In this document: piece after piece, positions 39,320 through 48,704 of the stretch
Numbering within the stretch: the stretch's first letter is position 1
How the letters are laid out: each line of letters starts with the position of its first letter
DNA from: Myxococcota bacterium
Lineage (GTDB): Bacteria > Myxococcota_A > UBA796 > SXON01
NCBI GenBank assembly: GCA_040386535.1
Contig: JAZKFH010000019.1
Coordinates: forward strand, 96,001-160,000
Direction: 5' to 3'
Length of the DNA stretch: 64,000 nucleotides
Made by a program: the position numbers and the translations under genes
Notes under the pieces: model-generated
Database searches by the model: none
The model's input: the letters and a program-made list of their open reading frames with translations, nothing else
What the model was told of the DNA's origin: nothing

Positions 39320-40968
39320 TGCAGGTAGCCGAGCCCCCGGAGCCGCTCTTCGATGGCACGATCCGTGGCCGCGTCCCGCTTGGGACCGTCGGCACCGGCG
39401 AACACGCGCGCCTCGGTCCAGAGCGTGCGCAGGTGCGCAGAGAGGACCTCGTGGAGCACGCGCCCGTCGATGTCGTCGGGGATGGCGGCACCCATCGTGG
39501 CGAAGAGCGTCGGCATGATGTCGACGATGTTCGCGTCCGCGATGGTGGTGCCGGGCGCAAAGTCGGGGCCCCACCCGAGGAACAGGCCGTCGGGCTCGTG
39601 GTTGCCACTGGCGAACCCGCTCTTCTCGAACACGTCGCTCGGGACGTCGCCCTCGGAGTAGTAGAACCACACCGAGTCGTCGTGCGTCGCGATGAGGAGA
39701 TCCGCTGCTCCGTGCACCTCGGGGCCCTGGTACAGCTGATCGCGGCGCTCGACGCGCGTGATGATGCGGTTGCCCTCGGGATCGCGCATGGCGAGCAGGC
39801 GCTGGCGCACCTCTTCGACCACGCGATCGTAGTCGGCGGGATCGACGGCGCCGCGCGGCTCGCGGCCCTTCAGGTTGATGCGCACGGAGTTGGTGCCGTG
39901 GCAGAACGCCTGGGTGTTCTCCCAGTCGATGTCCGTCGCGAAGCGGGACAGCTCGTCCCCCATGCGGAGGGCGCGATCACCGCCGAAGCGCTTGGCGAGG
40001 TCGAGCAATTTGCGCGTGTCGACCCCGGCGCGGCCGAGCACCCCGCGCACCTTGTGCAGACGGTTGCGCGTGTCACGCCCGCCTTCGCGGAAGGTGAGGA
40101 AACCCTCGCGCGCAAGCCAGGTGTTGAGGAACACCTTGTAGCGGCAGGGGCCGAACCCGTGGTCGGAGATGAAGATGACGTTCGAGTCCGCCGGGCGGCG
40201 CTCGATCATCTCGGCGACGCGCGTGTCGAGCAGGCGGTAGATGTCGAGGATCTGCTCCTCGTACTTCGTCGCGAGCGCCGCGTCGTGATGCGGGTGGTTC
40301 GGGTCGAAGATGTGCCAGAGGCAATGCTGCATCCGGTCCATCTCGACCCACACGGTGCAGAACACGTCCCACGGCTCCTGCTCCATCAGCGTGCGCACGA
40401 GCTTGCCACGCCCGTCGAGCATGGCGCGCAGCCGCCCGAGGAAGGGCAGGATGTCGGCTTCCGTCTCCGTCAGGTGGGTGTCGATCACGTAGTCGGGCAC
40501 AAGCTTGTCGAGCTCGGCCTTGTAGGATGCGGGCCAGGTGAAGCCGGGCACATCCTTGGCCGGCGTGAGCATGTCACCCACCGCGATGCCGTTGATGGGA
40601 CGGGCCGGGTAGGTGAGGGGAAGGTTGACCGTGGCGACGCGCGCGCCGCGCTCGGACAAGAGCTCGAAGAACGTGCGCGATTGGATGCGCGTCGAGTCGA
40701 TCGGGCGGTACAGGTAGCTGCCGGGCACCGGCTCCGTCCAGTCGTAGATCCCGTGCTTTCCGGGGCCCTTTCCGGTCTGGTACGCGGTCCATGCCGTGGC
40801 GGTCATCGGCGGGACCACCGACCACAACGGGCCGGACGCGCCCTCCTTCCGCAGCTTGCCGAGCGTCGGCAGGACGCCCCGCTCGATGAAGCCGTCCAGG
40901 AGCTTCCACGTCGCGCCGTCGAGGCCGATGATGACGGCCTTGCGGCGTACTGTTCCCTTGGCAGCCAT
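39316..40968 (-). CDS. Alkaline phosphatase superfamily protein (nucleotide pyrophosphatase/phosphodiesterase-like)
   Basis: IIGLDGAT, TGKGPGKHGIYD, DRMQH, ISDHGFG, SGNHEPDG, ERLRGLGY. Confidence 0.88.
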   Translation of the reverse strand: MAAKGTVRRKAVIIGLDGATWKLLDGFIERGVLPTLGKLRKEGASGPLWSVVPPMTATAWTAYQTGKGPGKHGIYDWTEPVPGSYLYRPIDSTRIQSRTFFELLSERGARVATVNLPLTYPARPINGIAVGDMLTPAKDVPGFTWPASYKAELDKLVPDYVIDTHLTETEADILPFLGRLRAMLDGRGKLVRTLMEQEPWDVFCTVWVEMDRMQHCLWHIFDPNHPHHDAALATKYEEQILDIYRLLDTRVAEMIERRPADSNVIFISDHGFGPCRYKVFLNTWLAREGFLTFREGGRDTRNRLHKVRGVLGRAGVDTRKLLDLAKRFGGDRALRMGDELSRFATDIDWENTQAFCHGTNSVRINLKGREPRGAVDPADYDRVVEEVRQRLLAMRDPEGNRIITRVERRDQLYQGPEVHGAADLLIATHDDSVWFYYSEGDVPSDVFEKSGFASGNHEPDGLFLGWGPDFAPGTTIADANIVDIMPTLFATMGAAIPDDIDGRVLHEVLSAHLRTLWTEARVFAGADGPKRDAATDRAIEERLRGLGYLQ

Positions 40969-41036
40969 GCCGTCCCCCTCCAACACCGGGTACGTTGTAG
41001 CCCGGCTGCCGAAGGGGTGGCCACGCAGGAGAGTGA

Positions 41037-43232
41037 TTGGCCGCACCCCAGGGTCCCTCAGGTCCGAACCGGCCGCATCGGCCACGTCGGCAGCTGCGGG
41101 ACGACGACGACACCTCGCTTTCCGAGATCCTGCACCTCCGGGATTACTGGCGTACCGTCCGGAAGCGCTTGTGGACGCTCATCACGGCCTTCTCGCTGAT
41201 CGTCGGGAGCGTCACCGTGGTCACGCTCCTGACGCCGCCGGTCTACGAGGCCACGGCCTCGCTGCAGATCGACTCGCAGCCGGCCGCGAACACGAGCCTC
41301 TCCGCCTACGGGCAGCAGGGGCAGGGCCAGTACCTGCTCGAGCAGGAATACTTCAGCACGCAGCACAAGAAGCTCCGCAGCCGCGTCCAAGCGCGCGCGG
41401 TCGCCGAGCGGCTCGATCTGGCGCGACACCCCGACTACCAGGAGCTCGAGCCCGACGAGCTCGTGCAGACCCTGCTCAACCAGGTGGACATCGCGCCGAT
41501 CAAGGGCACGCGCCTGGTGTGGGTGTACGTGCGGGCCAACGATCGTGAGCTCTCGGCGTTGTTGTGTCAGACCTGGGCGGAGGTGTTCGTCCAGCGCAAC
41601 ATGGACGAGATCAACCAGGGCGTTCAGGGCGGCCTGGGCTGGCTCTCGGGCGCTGTGACAAAGGCCGAGGAGGAGTTTCGTCAGGCCGAGCAGGCGCTCC
41701 TCGATTTTCGGCGGGCGAACAACAAGATCGCGCTCTCCTCCCAAGAGGAGGGAAACCTGCTCGTGCAGCAGCTCGAGGAGCTGTCCCGCAAGCGCGCGCT
41801 GGCCGAGGCGGAGCGCGCGGGGCGCGAGGCGGAGTACGAGGGGCTCGCGTTGTCGGCCCGCACCCAGAAGGATCTCCGGCGGATCTCCTTGCTCGTGGAC
41901 AGCCCGCTCATGTCGGGCCTGCGTGAGCAGCTCACGACGCTCCAGGCGGACCGCGAGGCGTTGCTGACACGCTACCTGCCCGACGCGCCCGTGCCCGCCG
42001 TGCTCCAGAACAAGGAGCGCCTGGAGGACGTGGAGCTCCAGATCCGCGCCGAGGTCGACGCCGAGCTCGGCCGCCGCCGCGCCATGCTCGCGCAGGCCAA
42101 GAGCCACGAAGAGGGCCTCCAGCGCTCGATCGAGTCGCTCACGAAGAGCGCGCTCGAGGAGAACGGCGAGGAGGCCAACTACAACCTCCTGCGCCGCCAG
42201 GTCGACTCGCGCGCCACCATCTACAAACACCTGGTCGAAAAGAGCCAGGAGATGGACGTGACCTCCTCTCTCAAGGAGAACAACGTCCGCATCATCGATC
42301 CGGGCGAGGCCGGCGAGAAGCCGGTGGAGCCGAACTACGTCCGCAACATCGGCGTCGCCATCCTCGGCGGCCTGCTGGTGGGCGTGTCGATGGCGCTGTT
42401 CTTCGACTACATGGACACGACGATCAAGACGCGCGAGGAGGTCGAGGCCCTCGGCATCCCGTTCCTCGGCATCATCCCGAGCGTTCCCGGCCTCGAAGGC
42501 GAGGGGTGGGAGGTGGCGCGGCAGCGCTATCTGTACGCGTTGAACTATCCGAAGAGCGCCTTCGCGGAGTTCTGTCGAAACATCCGGACGACGGTGAACT
42601 TCAGCGCGCGCGAGGACGGTGCGCCGCCTCGACGCCTGCTCATCACGTCCGCGGGGCCGCGCGAGGGGAAGACCACCTCCAGCATCAACCTCGCGATCAC
42701 GTTCGCGAGCAACGGCCGGCGCGTGTGCCTCGTCGACGCCGACCTGCGCCGCCCGAGCCTGCACCACGCGTTCGGCCTGCCCAACGAAGAAGGATTTTCC
42801 ACGCTGATCGGGGGTACCTCGTCCGTCGAGGCCGTGTCGCAGCCCACCCCGCAGGAGGGGCTGTTCATCATCCCGTCGGGTCCACGCCCTCCCAACCCCG
42901 CGGAGATGCTCGGCTCTCCGGCCTGCAAGGCGGCCCTCGACCGGCTCAACGAGGCCTTCGATCTCGTCATCATCGACTCGCCGCCCGTGGTCGCCGTGAC
43001 CGACGCGGTGGTGCTCGCGAACGACGTGGACGGCGTGATCCTCGTGGTCAAGAGCTTCAAGGTCGCCCGGGATCTGGTGCTCCAGGCCAAGCGCCAGCTG
43101 GTCGACGTCGAGGCGCGCCTCATCGGCGTCATCCTCAACAACTTCGACATCCAGCGTAAAAGCTACGGTTATTACTACTACTACAGCTATTACGGTTCGG
43201 ACCGCGAGGATGTTGGCAAGGGCCACAAGTGA
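41037..43232 (+). CDS. wzc: Wzc/GumC polysaccharide co-polymerase with BY-kinase domain
   Basis: Two TMs flanking coiled coil; GPREGKTT, VDADLRRP, IIDSPP; C-terminal tyrosine cluster SYGYYYYYSYYG. Confidence 0.92.
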   Translation: MAAPQGPSGPNRPHRPRRQLRDDDDTSLSEILHLRDYWRTVRKRLWTLITAFSLIVGSVTVVTLLTPPVYEATASLQIDSQPAANTSLSAYGQQGQGQYLLEQEYFSTQHKKLRSRVQARAVAERLDLARHPDYQELEPDELVQTLLNQVDIAPIKGTRLVWVYVRANDRELSALLCQTWAEVFVQRNMDEINQGVQGGLGWLSGAVTKAEEEFRQAEQALLDFRRANNKIALSSQEEGNLLVQQLEELSRKRALAEAERAGREAEYEGLALSARTQKDLRRISLLVDSPLMSGLREQLTTLQADREALLTRYLPDAPVPAVLQNKERLEDVELQIRAEVDAELGRRRAMLAQAKSHEEGLQRSIESLTKSALEENGEEANYNLLRRQVDSRATIYKHLVEKSQEMDVTSSLKENNVRIIDPGEAGEKPVEPNYVRNIGVAILGGLLVGVSMALFFDYMDTTIKTREEVEALGIPFLGIIPSVPGLEGEGWEVARQRYLYALNYPKSAFAEFCRNIRTTVNFSAREDGAPPRRLLITSAGPREGKTTSSINLAITFASNGRRVCLVDADLRRPSLHHAFGLPNEEGFSTLIGGTSSVEAVSQPTPQEGLFIIPSGPRPPNPAEMLGSPACKAALDRLNEAFDLVIIDSPPVVAVTDAVVLANDVDGVILVVKSFKVARDLVLQAKRQLVDVEARLIGVILNNFDIQRKSYGYYYYYSYYGSDREDVGKGHK

Positions 43233-45793
43233 AAACGTCCGCGCTGTCCGGAGATCGCCTGGAGCGGGGCGTCGCCCTGGGGATGCTGCTGGCGGTGTTC
43301 GCGGCGGCGGGGCTCGAAGGTGGCGTGGTGCCGATGTACGGCGGCGTCGTCTATGCGGTGGCGGTCGCCATCGGGTTGGCGTGGATGGTCCTGCGCGGCG
43401 TAGACCCGCTGCCGCGGCTCGCGAAGGTGGGGCTGGCGCTGTTCGCGGTGGTGCTGCTCTACCAGGCGCTCGCGATCCCCGAAGGGGTGCGCGAGCTCGT
43501 GGCGCCGGGGCAGGCCGCGTGGATCGATCGGGTGGCGCCGGAGTCCTCGGCCGCGCTCGATCCCTGGCTGAGCGCCGTCGCGACCTATGACGTGATGGCC
43601 GCGGTCGGTGCCGCGGGCGACTGGACCTACGACGTGCTCGCGGGCTCGGCGGCGACGACATGGCGGCAGGGCGCGATCGATCCGGAGGCCTGGCGGTGGA
43701 CCCTGGGCCAGCTGCTCGCCATGGGCGTGGTGTGGATGGTCGGGGCGGGCCTGGGCCGGAGCCCCGCCGCGACACGCACGGTGCTGGTCGGGCTGCTGCT
43801 CTTCTGCGTCTTCGAGGCCGTGTTCGGGCTCGCGAACCGCAACGGACCGAGCACCGGCATCGGCGTCAAGCAGTACTACATGGGCTCGGCGACCGGCACG
43901 TTCGTCAACCGCGGGCACTTCGCCGCGCTGCTCGTGCTCGGCGTGGGAGCGGCCTGGGGCCTCGCCGCGGGCCTGTTTCCGCTCCTGCCCGAGGAGGTGC
44001 GCAAACACATGGCGCGCAAGCGGCGTTCCAGCCAGCCCCCGTCGGTGTTCGAGGCCAGCGGCGATCGCATTCCGCGCCTCGCCCTCCTCGGCTTCCTCGT
44101 GGCCGTGCTGCTCGTGGCAATCGTCGCGTCGCAGTCGCGTGGGCCCGTGCTCGGGCTCGCCGTGGCGGGGCTCGTGGTCGGGTCCGGGATGGCCTGGCGC
44201 CGCAAGGAGACGTTCCACCTCGGCATCGCCGTCGCCGTGCCGGTGGCCGGGGGCGTGCTCGCGCTGCTCGCGTTCGGAATCGGCGGCGCGTTCGGGCGCT
44301 TTCGTGGCCTGCTCTCCGGCGGCGACGCGAGCGTCCTGTCCCGCCTCGACGTGTGGCGGGACTCGGTGCCGGCCTTCTTCGACGCGCCGGTGTTCGGCGC
44401 TGGGCTCGGGGGTTGGCAGCTGGCGCACGCGCTGCACGAGACGCCCGACCACCTGTTCACGTTCTCCAACGCGCACAATGAGCTGGTCGAGATCGTGGTC
44501 GAGATGGGCGTCGTCGGCACGCTCGCATACATGTTCGTCGGGATCGCGATCGTGCGCGGACTGTTGCGCGCGCTCCGCGATGTGCCCCACGACGAGGGCA
44601 CCGCGGCGGGCGTGGGCGCCCTCGTGGGCGTACTCGCCGTGCTCGTCCAGTCGCTCGGCGACTTCCCGCTGCACATCCCCGGCGTCGCGTTGCCCTGGGC
44701 GCTCATGGCGGGGCTCGCCCAGGGCGCGCTGACCAACCCCGAGAAGGGGGGCGCGAAGGGGCCACCGCTGGTCATCGGGCTCGTCGCCATCGGCCTCTGC
44801 GGGGCCGCCGCCCTCGCGGACAGCGGGTTCGTGGGCTCGCGCGACGACCGGCTCGCCGAGCGCGGCAACCTCTGGAACGAGCCCGACCGCGCGAAAGGAA
44901 CCGTGGCGTCCATCCGTGCGTGGCGCGACACGACACGCGCGGCGGTGGATCGGGCTCCGCTCGACCCGTGGTCACACGCGGCGATGGCCGAGGCCGAGGC
45001 CATCCTGGCGCGCGAAGCGTGGCGTGTGGACGGGGCGCGGCCCGTGGGCGAGTCGCCCGAGGATCACGCTCTCCAGGCTGATCTCGCCGTGACGCGCGCA
45101 CACACGCTCCGCCCGCGGGATCCCCGGTTGGCGCTCACGCTGGCGAAGAGCCTCGTGCTCCTGGCCCAGCGCGCGTCCACCCCGGACGCGTTCGAAGCGC
45201 GCGCCGTGATCCTGCTCGCGGACGCCGTCGCGCGGGACCCGTGGCGCGCGGACGAGGCCTTCGTCATCGCCGATCGCCTCTCGGACGATGCCCTCGCGAA
45301 GATCGCCGCCTCCGCGACGAGCGCGTCGCAAGCCCCCCGCGCACGCGCCCGGGTGGCCTACGCGCACGGCAAGGCCCTCGAGCGGCGAGGCCGGGGCGAG
45401 GCGGCAGCGGCAGCCCATGCAGTCGCCATCACGGCGGACGGCGCCTACGGGCCGGCCCTGTTCGCGGCGGGCGTACTCGCGCGCAACCGGGGCGAGACCG
45501 AGGCGGGCGACGAGCTCCTGCGTCGCTTCCTCACCGCGGACGAGCGCGGCGCCGGCATGGAGGGCTGGGCCCTCGTGCTCCTCGGTGAGCTGGAGACCGC
45601 CGAGGCGCGCCTCCGGCGGGCCGTGCAGCAGTCCCCCACGAACCGGTGGGCGTGGGAGGGCCTCGCGGAGATCGCCAAGCGCCAGGCCGACGTGGAGGAC
45701 GAGCGCGCCGCCCTCAAGAAGATCCTGGCCCTGGATCCGAACCACCGCCCGGCGAAGGGCCGGATGGTGGTCTTGGACGCCGCGAAGAAGTAG
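43229..45793 (+). CDS. O-antigen ligase/Wzy-family membrane protein with C-terminal TPR repeats
   Basis: ATGTFVNRGHFA, SQSRG, RLDVW, GAGLG, NAHNELVE..VEMG, DFPLHIP; TPR-like helices. Confidence 0.82.
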   Translation: MKTSALSGDRLERGVALGMLLAVFAAAGLEGGVVPMYGGVVYAVAVAIGLAWMVLRGVDPLPRLAKVGLALFAVVLLYQALAIPEGVRELVAPGQAAWIDRVAPESSAALDPWLSAVATYDVMAAVGAAGDWTYDVLAGSAATTWRQGAIDPEAWRWTLGQLLAMGVVWMVGAGLGRSPAATRTVLVGLLLFCVFEAVFGLANRNGPSTGIGVKQYYMGSATGTFVNRGHFAALLVLGVGAAWGLAAGLFPLLPEEVRKHMARKRRSSQPPSVFEASGDRIPRLALLGFLVAVLLVAIVASQSRGPVLGLAVAGLVVGSGMAWRRKETFHLGIAVAVPVAGGVLALLAFGIGGAFGRFRGLLSGGDASVLSRLDVWRDSVPAFFDAPVFGAGLGGWQLAHALHETPDHLFTFSNAHNELVEIVVEMGVVGTLAYMFVGIAIVRGLLRALRDVPHDEGTAAGVGALVGVLAVLVQSLGDFPLHIPGVALPWALMAGLAQGALTNPEKGGAKGPPLVIGLVAIGLCGAAALADSGFVGSRDDRLAERGNLWNEPDRAKGTVASIRAWRDTTRAAVDRAPLDPWSHAAMAEAEAILAREAWRVDGARPVGESPEDHALQADLAVTRAHTLRPRDPRLALTLAKSLVLLAQRASTPDAFEARAVILLADAVARDPWRADEAFVIADRLSDDALAKIAASATSASQAPRARARVAYAHGKALERRGRGEAAAAAHAVAITADGAYGPALFAAGVLARNRGETEAGDELLRRFLTADERGAGMEGWALVLLGELETAEARLRRAVQQSPTNRWAWEGLAEIAKRQADVEDERAALKKILALDPNHRPAKGRMVVLDAAKK

Positions 45794-45935
45794 GTCGGGG
45801 CGGCGGTAGTCACCACCCACCCCTTCGGAAAGGGCCACCGCCGCTTGGAGGCGGACAGTTTCTGGTCGTCCTGTTCCGTCGCCGTGCCTGGAATCGCCGG
45901 ACCTGCGCGGATAGACCGCCGCCCGGAGACGCTCC

Positions 45936-47249
45936 ATGGCTCGCATTCACTCTGGTTTGTTCCGCAAGGCGCTCGTGGTGGAGCACCCCGACGCCGTCCT
46001 GGACGAGCTTCTCCTGGCGGACGGCCTGGTGGTCGATCGGGCCTCCGACGTACCGGACGAGGCCGGGCTCATCCGCATGCTGAACGCGGGAGAGCACCAG
46101 GTGCTCTTCAAGCGGAGCCGCGTGCCGGTCACCCGCGCGGTGCTCGAGGCGTGCCCGAACCTCTACGCGGTGCAGTTGTGCTGCATCGGGGACGACAGCG
46201 TGGACAAGCGCGCGTGCGCCGACCACGGCGTGCTCGTGTTCAACGACCCGGTGAGCAACGGCCGCAGCGTCGTCGAGCTCGCCGTGACGCACCTCATCGC
46301 TCTGTCACGCCGCCTGTACGAGACCAACGAGCACACCCGTGCCGGCGGCTTCGACAAGTCGCAGACGGAGCGCTTCGAGATCCACGGGCGGGTGCTCGGC
46401 ATCCTCGGCCTCGGCAACATCGGGCGCCAGGTGGCCCGCGCCGCCGAGGCGCTCGGGATGAAGATCCTGTTCCACGACACGCGCGAGGTGGCACGCGAGG
46501 TCGGTCTCGAGATGGGCTGGGAGGAGGTCAAGTCGATCGACGCGCTCTTCCGCCGCGCCGACTGCGTGAGCGTGCACGTGAGCGCCGAGGACACGCGCAG
46601 CCAGAGCAACCGCGGCCTGCTGACCCGCGAGCACTTCGCCCAGCTCGCGGCGGACCGCCCCGGCGCCTCGCCCCGGCTGTTCCTGAACCTCGCGCGCGGG
46701 TTCCTCTACGAGCCGAACGACCTGCTCGCCGCCATCACCGCGGGCGAGGTCGGCCGTGCCGCGGTGGACGTGTACCCCGAGGAGCCCCGCGGCAGCGGAC
46801 CGTGGATCAATCCGTACGCCGCCCAGCCTCGCGTCGTGACCACGCCGCACCTCGGTGCCGCCACCCTCGACGCGCAGCCCCGCATCGCGCGTCGTGTCGC
46901 GCACACGTTCAGGTCCTTCAACCGCCAAGGCGCGCTCCGGGACTGCGTGTACCGTCCGCGCCTGCTCCTCGGGCTGGGCGAGATCGACCCCGGCAGTACG
47001 CTGCTCGCCGTCGTGCACTCCACGCGCCGCGGCTCCCGCAAGGCCCTTCAGGACGCGATCTTCGAGGCGGGCGCCTCCAACCTCTCGACGGTCCACCAGG
47101 ACTTCGAGGACTTCGGCATGGCCTACGACCTGTCCGCGATCGACCGCCCGCTGGACGACGATCAGCTGCGTTACGTGCTCTCGCACGCGGCGGACCTGAC
47201 GGGGGAGGCCGGCTCGATCCGCAGCATCCGCCAGGTCACGTTGGCATGA
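45936..47249 (+). CDS. serA: D-3-phosphoglycerate dehydrogenase with C-terminal ACT-like domain
   Basis: CIG, VFNDPVSNGRSVVEL, LGILGLGNIGRQV, NLARG, AVDVYPEEP, TPHLGAAT. Confidence 0.82.
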   Translation: MARIHSGLFRKALVVEHPDAVLDELLLADGLVVDRASDVPDEAGLIRMLNAGEHQVLFKRSRVPVTRAVLEACPNLYAVQLCCIGDDSVDKRACADHGVLVFNDPVSNGRSVVELAVTHLIALSRRLYETNEHTRAGGFDKSQTERFEIHGRVLGILGLGNIGRQVARAAEALGMKILFHDTREVAREVGLEMGWEEVKSIDALFRRADCVSVHVSAEDTRSQSNRGLLTREHFAQLAADRPGASPRLFLNLARGFLYEPNDLLAAITAGEVGRAAVDVYPEEPRGSGPWINPYAAQPRVVTTPHLGAATLDAQPRIARRVAHTFRSFNRQGALRDCVYRPRLLLGLGEIDPGSTLLAVVHSTRRGSRKALQDAIFEAGASNLSTVHQDFEDFGMAYDLSAIDRPLDDDQLRYVLSHAADLTGEAGSIRSIRQVTLA

Positions 47250-48301
47250 GCGCGGCCTTCGATGCCGAGATCGAGGGGGCGATCCTCCGCGCGCTGCTGA
47301 CCGAGTGGCGTGCCGTCAACTACACCCACTTCAAGGACGCGCTGGTCCTCCCGCGCTTCGAGCTCATCGAGCACGAGGGGCACCTGGGCGAGTGGCATCG
47401 CCTCCACCGGACCATCTCCTTCGCGCGCACGTTCGTCCGCTCCCAGCCATGGGGCGTGGTGGTCGAGGTGCTCAAGCACGAGATGGCGCACCAGTACGTG
47501 CACGAGGTCCTCCGCGTCCTCGACGAGACCGCGCACGGCCCCGCTTTCCGCAAGGTCTGCGAGCGCCTCGCCATCGACGCGAGCGCGTCCGGCATGCCGA
47601 CGATGGTGTCGGTCGATCCCGAGCAGGACAAGGCGCTGCGTCGCATCACGCGCCTGCTCGCGCTCGCGGAGAGCCCCAACGCGAACGAGGCGCAGGCGGC
47701 CATGAACGCGGCGCGCAAGCTGATGCTCCGCTACAACATCGACACGCTGCCGACGGGGCACACGTTCCGCCAGCTCGGCGTCCCCACCGGGAGGCTCCAG
47801 GAGGCCGACCGGTGGCTCGCGTCGGTGCTCTCGCAGCACTTCTTCGTCACCGGTATCTGGATCCCCTCGTTCGACGTGACCACCGGCAAAACCGGCCGCG
47901 TGCTCGAGATCTCGGGCACGGCGGCCAACCTCGAGCTCGCCACCTACGTGCACGGGTTCCTCAAGGAGACCGCGGAGAGGCTCTGGCGCGCACACAAGCG
48001 GGAGCATCGCATCGCGGGGGACAAGGAGCGCCAGCGCTTCGTGTCGGGCGTGATGCGCGGCTTCCACGAGAAGCTCACCGAGGGTGCCAAGGAGAGCCGC
48101 GAGGAGGGCCTGGTCTGGGTGGGAGATCCCAAGCTCCAGGCCTACTACCAGAAGCGCCATCCGCGCGTGCGCCACATCAAGTACGGCGGGCATCCGCGTA
48201 CCGAGGCGTGGGAGCAGGGGCGCGCGGCCGGCCGGGAGATCGTGCTCCACAAGCCCGTTACGGGGGAGACGGGCGGGGGCGGGCGGCTCTTGAAGGGGTA
48301 G
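47246..48301 (+). CDS. SprT-like metalloprotease + DUF2786 domain protein
   Basis: VLKHEMAHQ...HGPAF; RITRLLALAESPNANEAQAAM..ARKLM. Confidence 0.82.
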   Translation: MSAAFDAEIEGAILRALLTEWRAVNYTHFKDALVLPRFELIEHEGHLGEWHRLHRTISFARTFVRSQPWGVVVEVLKHEMAHQYVHEVLRVLDETAHGPAFRKVCERLAIDASASGMPTMVSVDPEQDKALRRITRLLALAESPNANEAQAAMNAARKLMLRYNIDTLPTGHTFRQLGVPTGRLQEADRWLASVLSQHFFVTGIWIPSFDVTTGKTGRVLEISGTAANLELATYVHGFLKETAERLWRAHKREHRIAGDKERQRFVSGVMRGFHEKLTEGAKESREEGLVWVGDPKLQAYYQKRHPRVRHIKYGGHPRTEAWEQGRAAGREIVLHKPVTGETGGGGRLLKG

Positions 48302-48344
48302 CGCTGCACGGGGCGGGGGCAGGGCCCCCGCGCCCAGGGCGCGC

Positions 48345-48674
48345 CTACGAGACCTTGATGAGCTCGACCTCGAACAGCAGCGTGGCGTTCGGGGGGATGA
48401 GGCCCGGGTAGCCGCGGCTGCCGTAGCCGAGGTGCCCGGGGATCGTGAGCTTGCGGGTGCCGCCGACCTTCATGCCGGCCACGCCCTGGTCCCAACCCTG
48501 GATGACCATGCCCGCGCCGAGCTTGAAGGTGAACGCCTCGTTGCGATCACGCGACGAGTCGAACTTCGTGCCGTTCTCCAGCGTGCCGACGTAGTGCACG
48601 TGCACGGTCTTGCCCTTGGTGGCCTCGGTGCCGGTGCCGACGACCACGTCTTCCATCTGCAGCTCTGCGCTCAT
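48345..48674 (-). CDS. FKBP-type peptidyl-prolyl isomerase (cytoplasmic)
   Basis: VHYVGTLENGTKFDSS, VIQGWDQG, IPPNATLLFEVEL. Confidence 0.95.
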   Translation of the reverse strand: MSAELQMEDVVVGTGTEATKGKTVHVHYVGTLENGTKFDSSRDRNEAFTFKLGAGMVIQGWDQGVAGMKVGGTRKLTIPGHLGYGSRGYPGLIPPNATLLFEVELIKVS

Positions 48675-48704
48675 GGGAACTCCTGGGAGGTGAGGGGATC
48701 GTGA

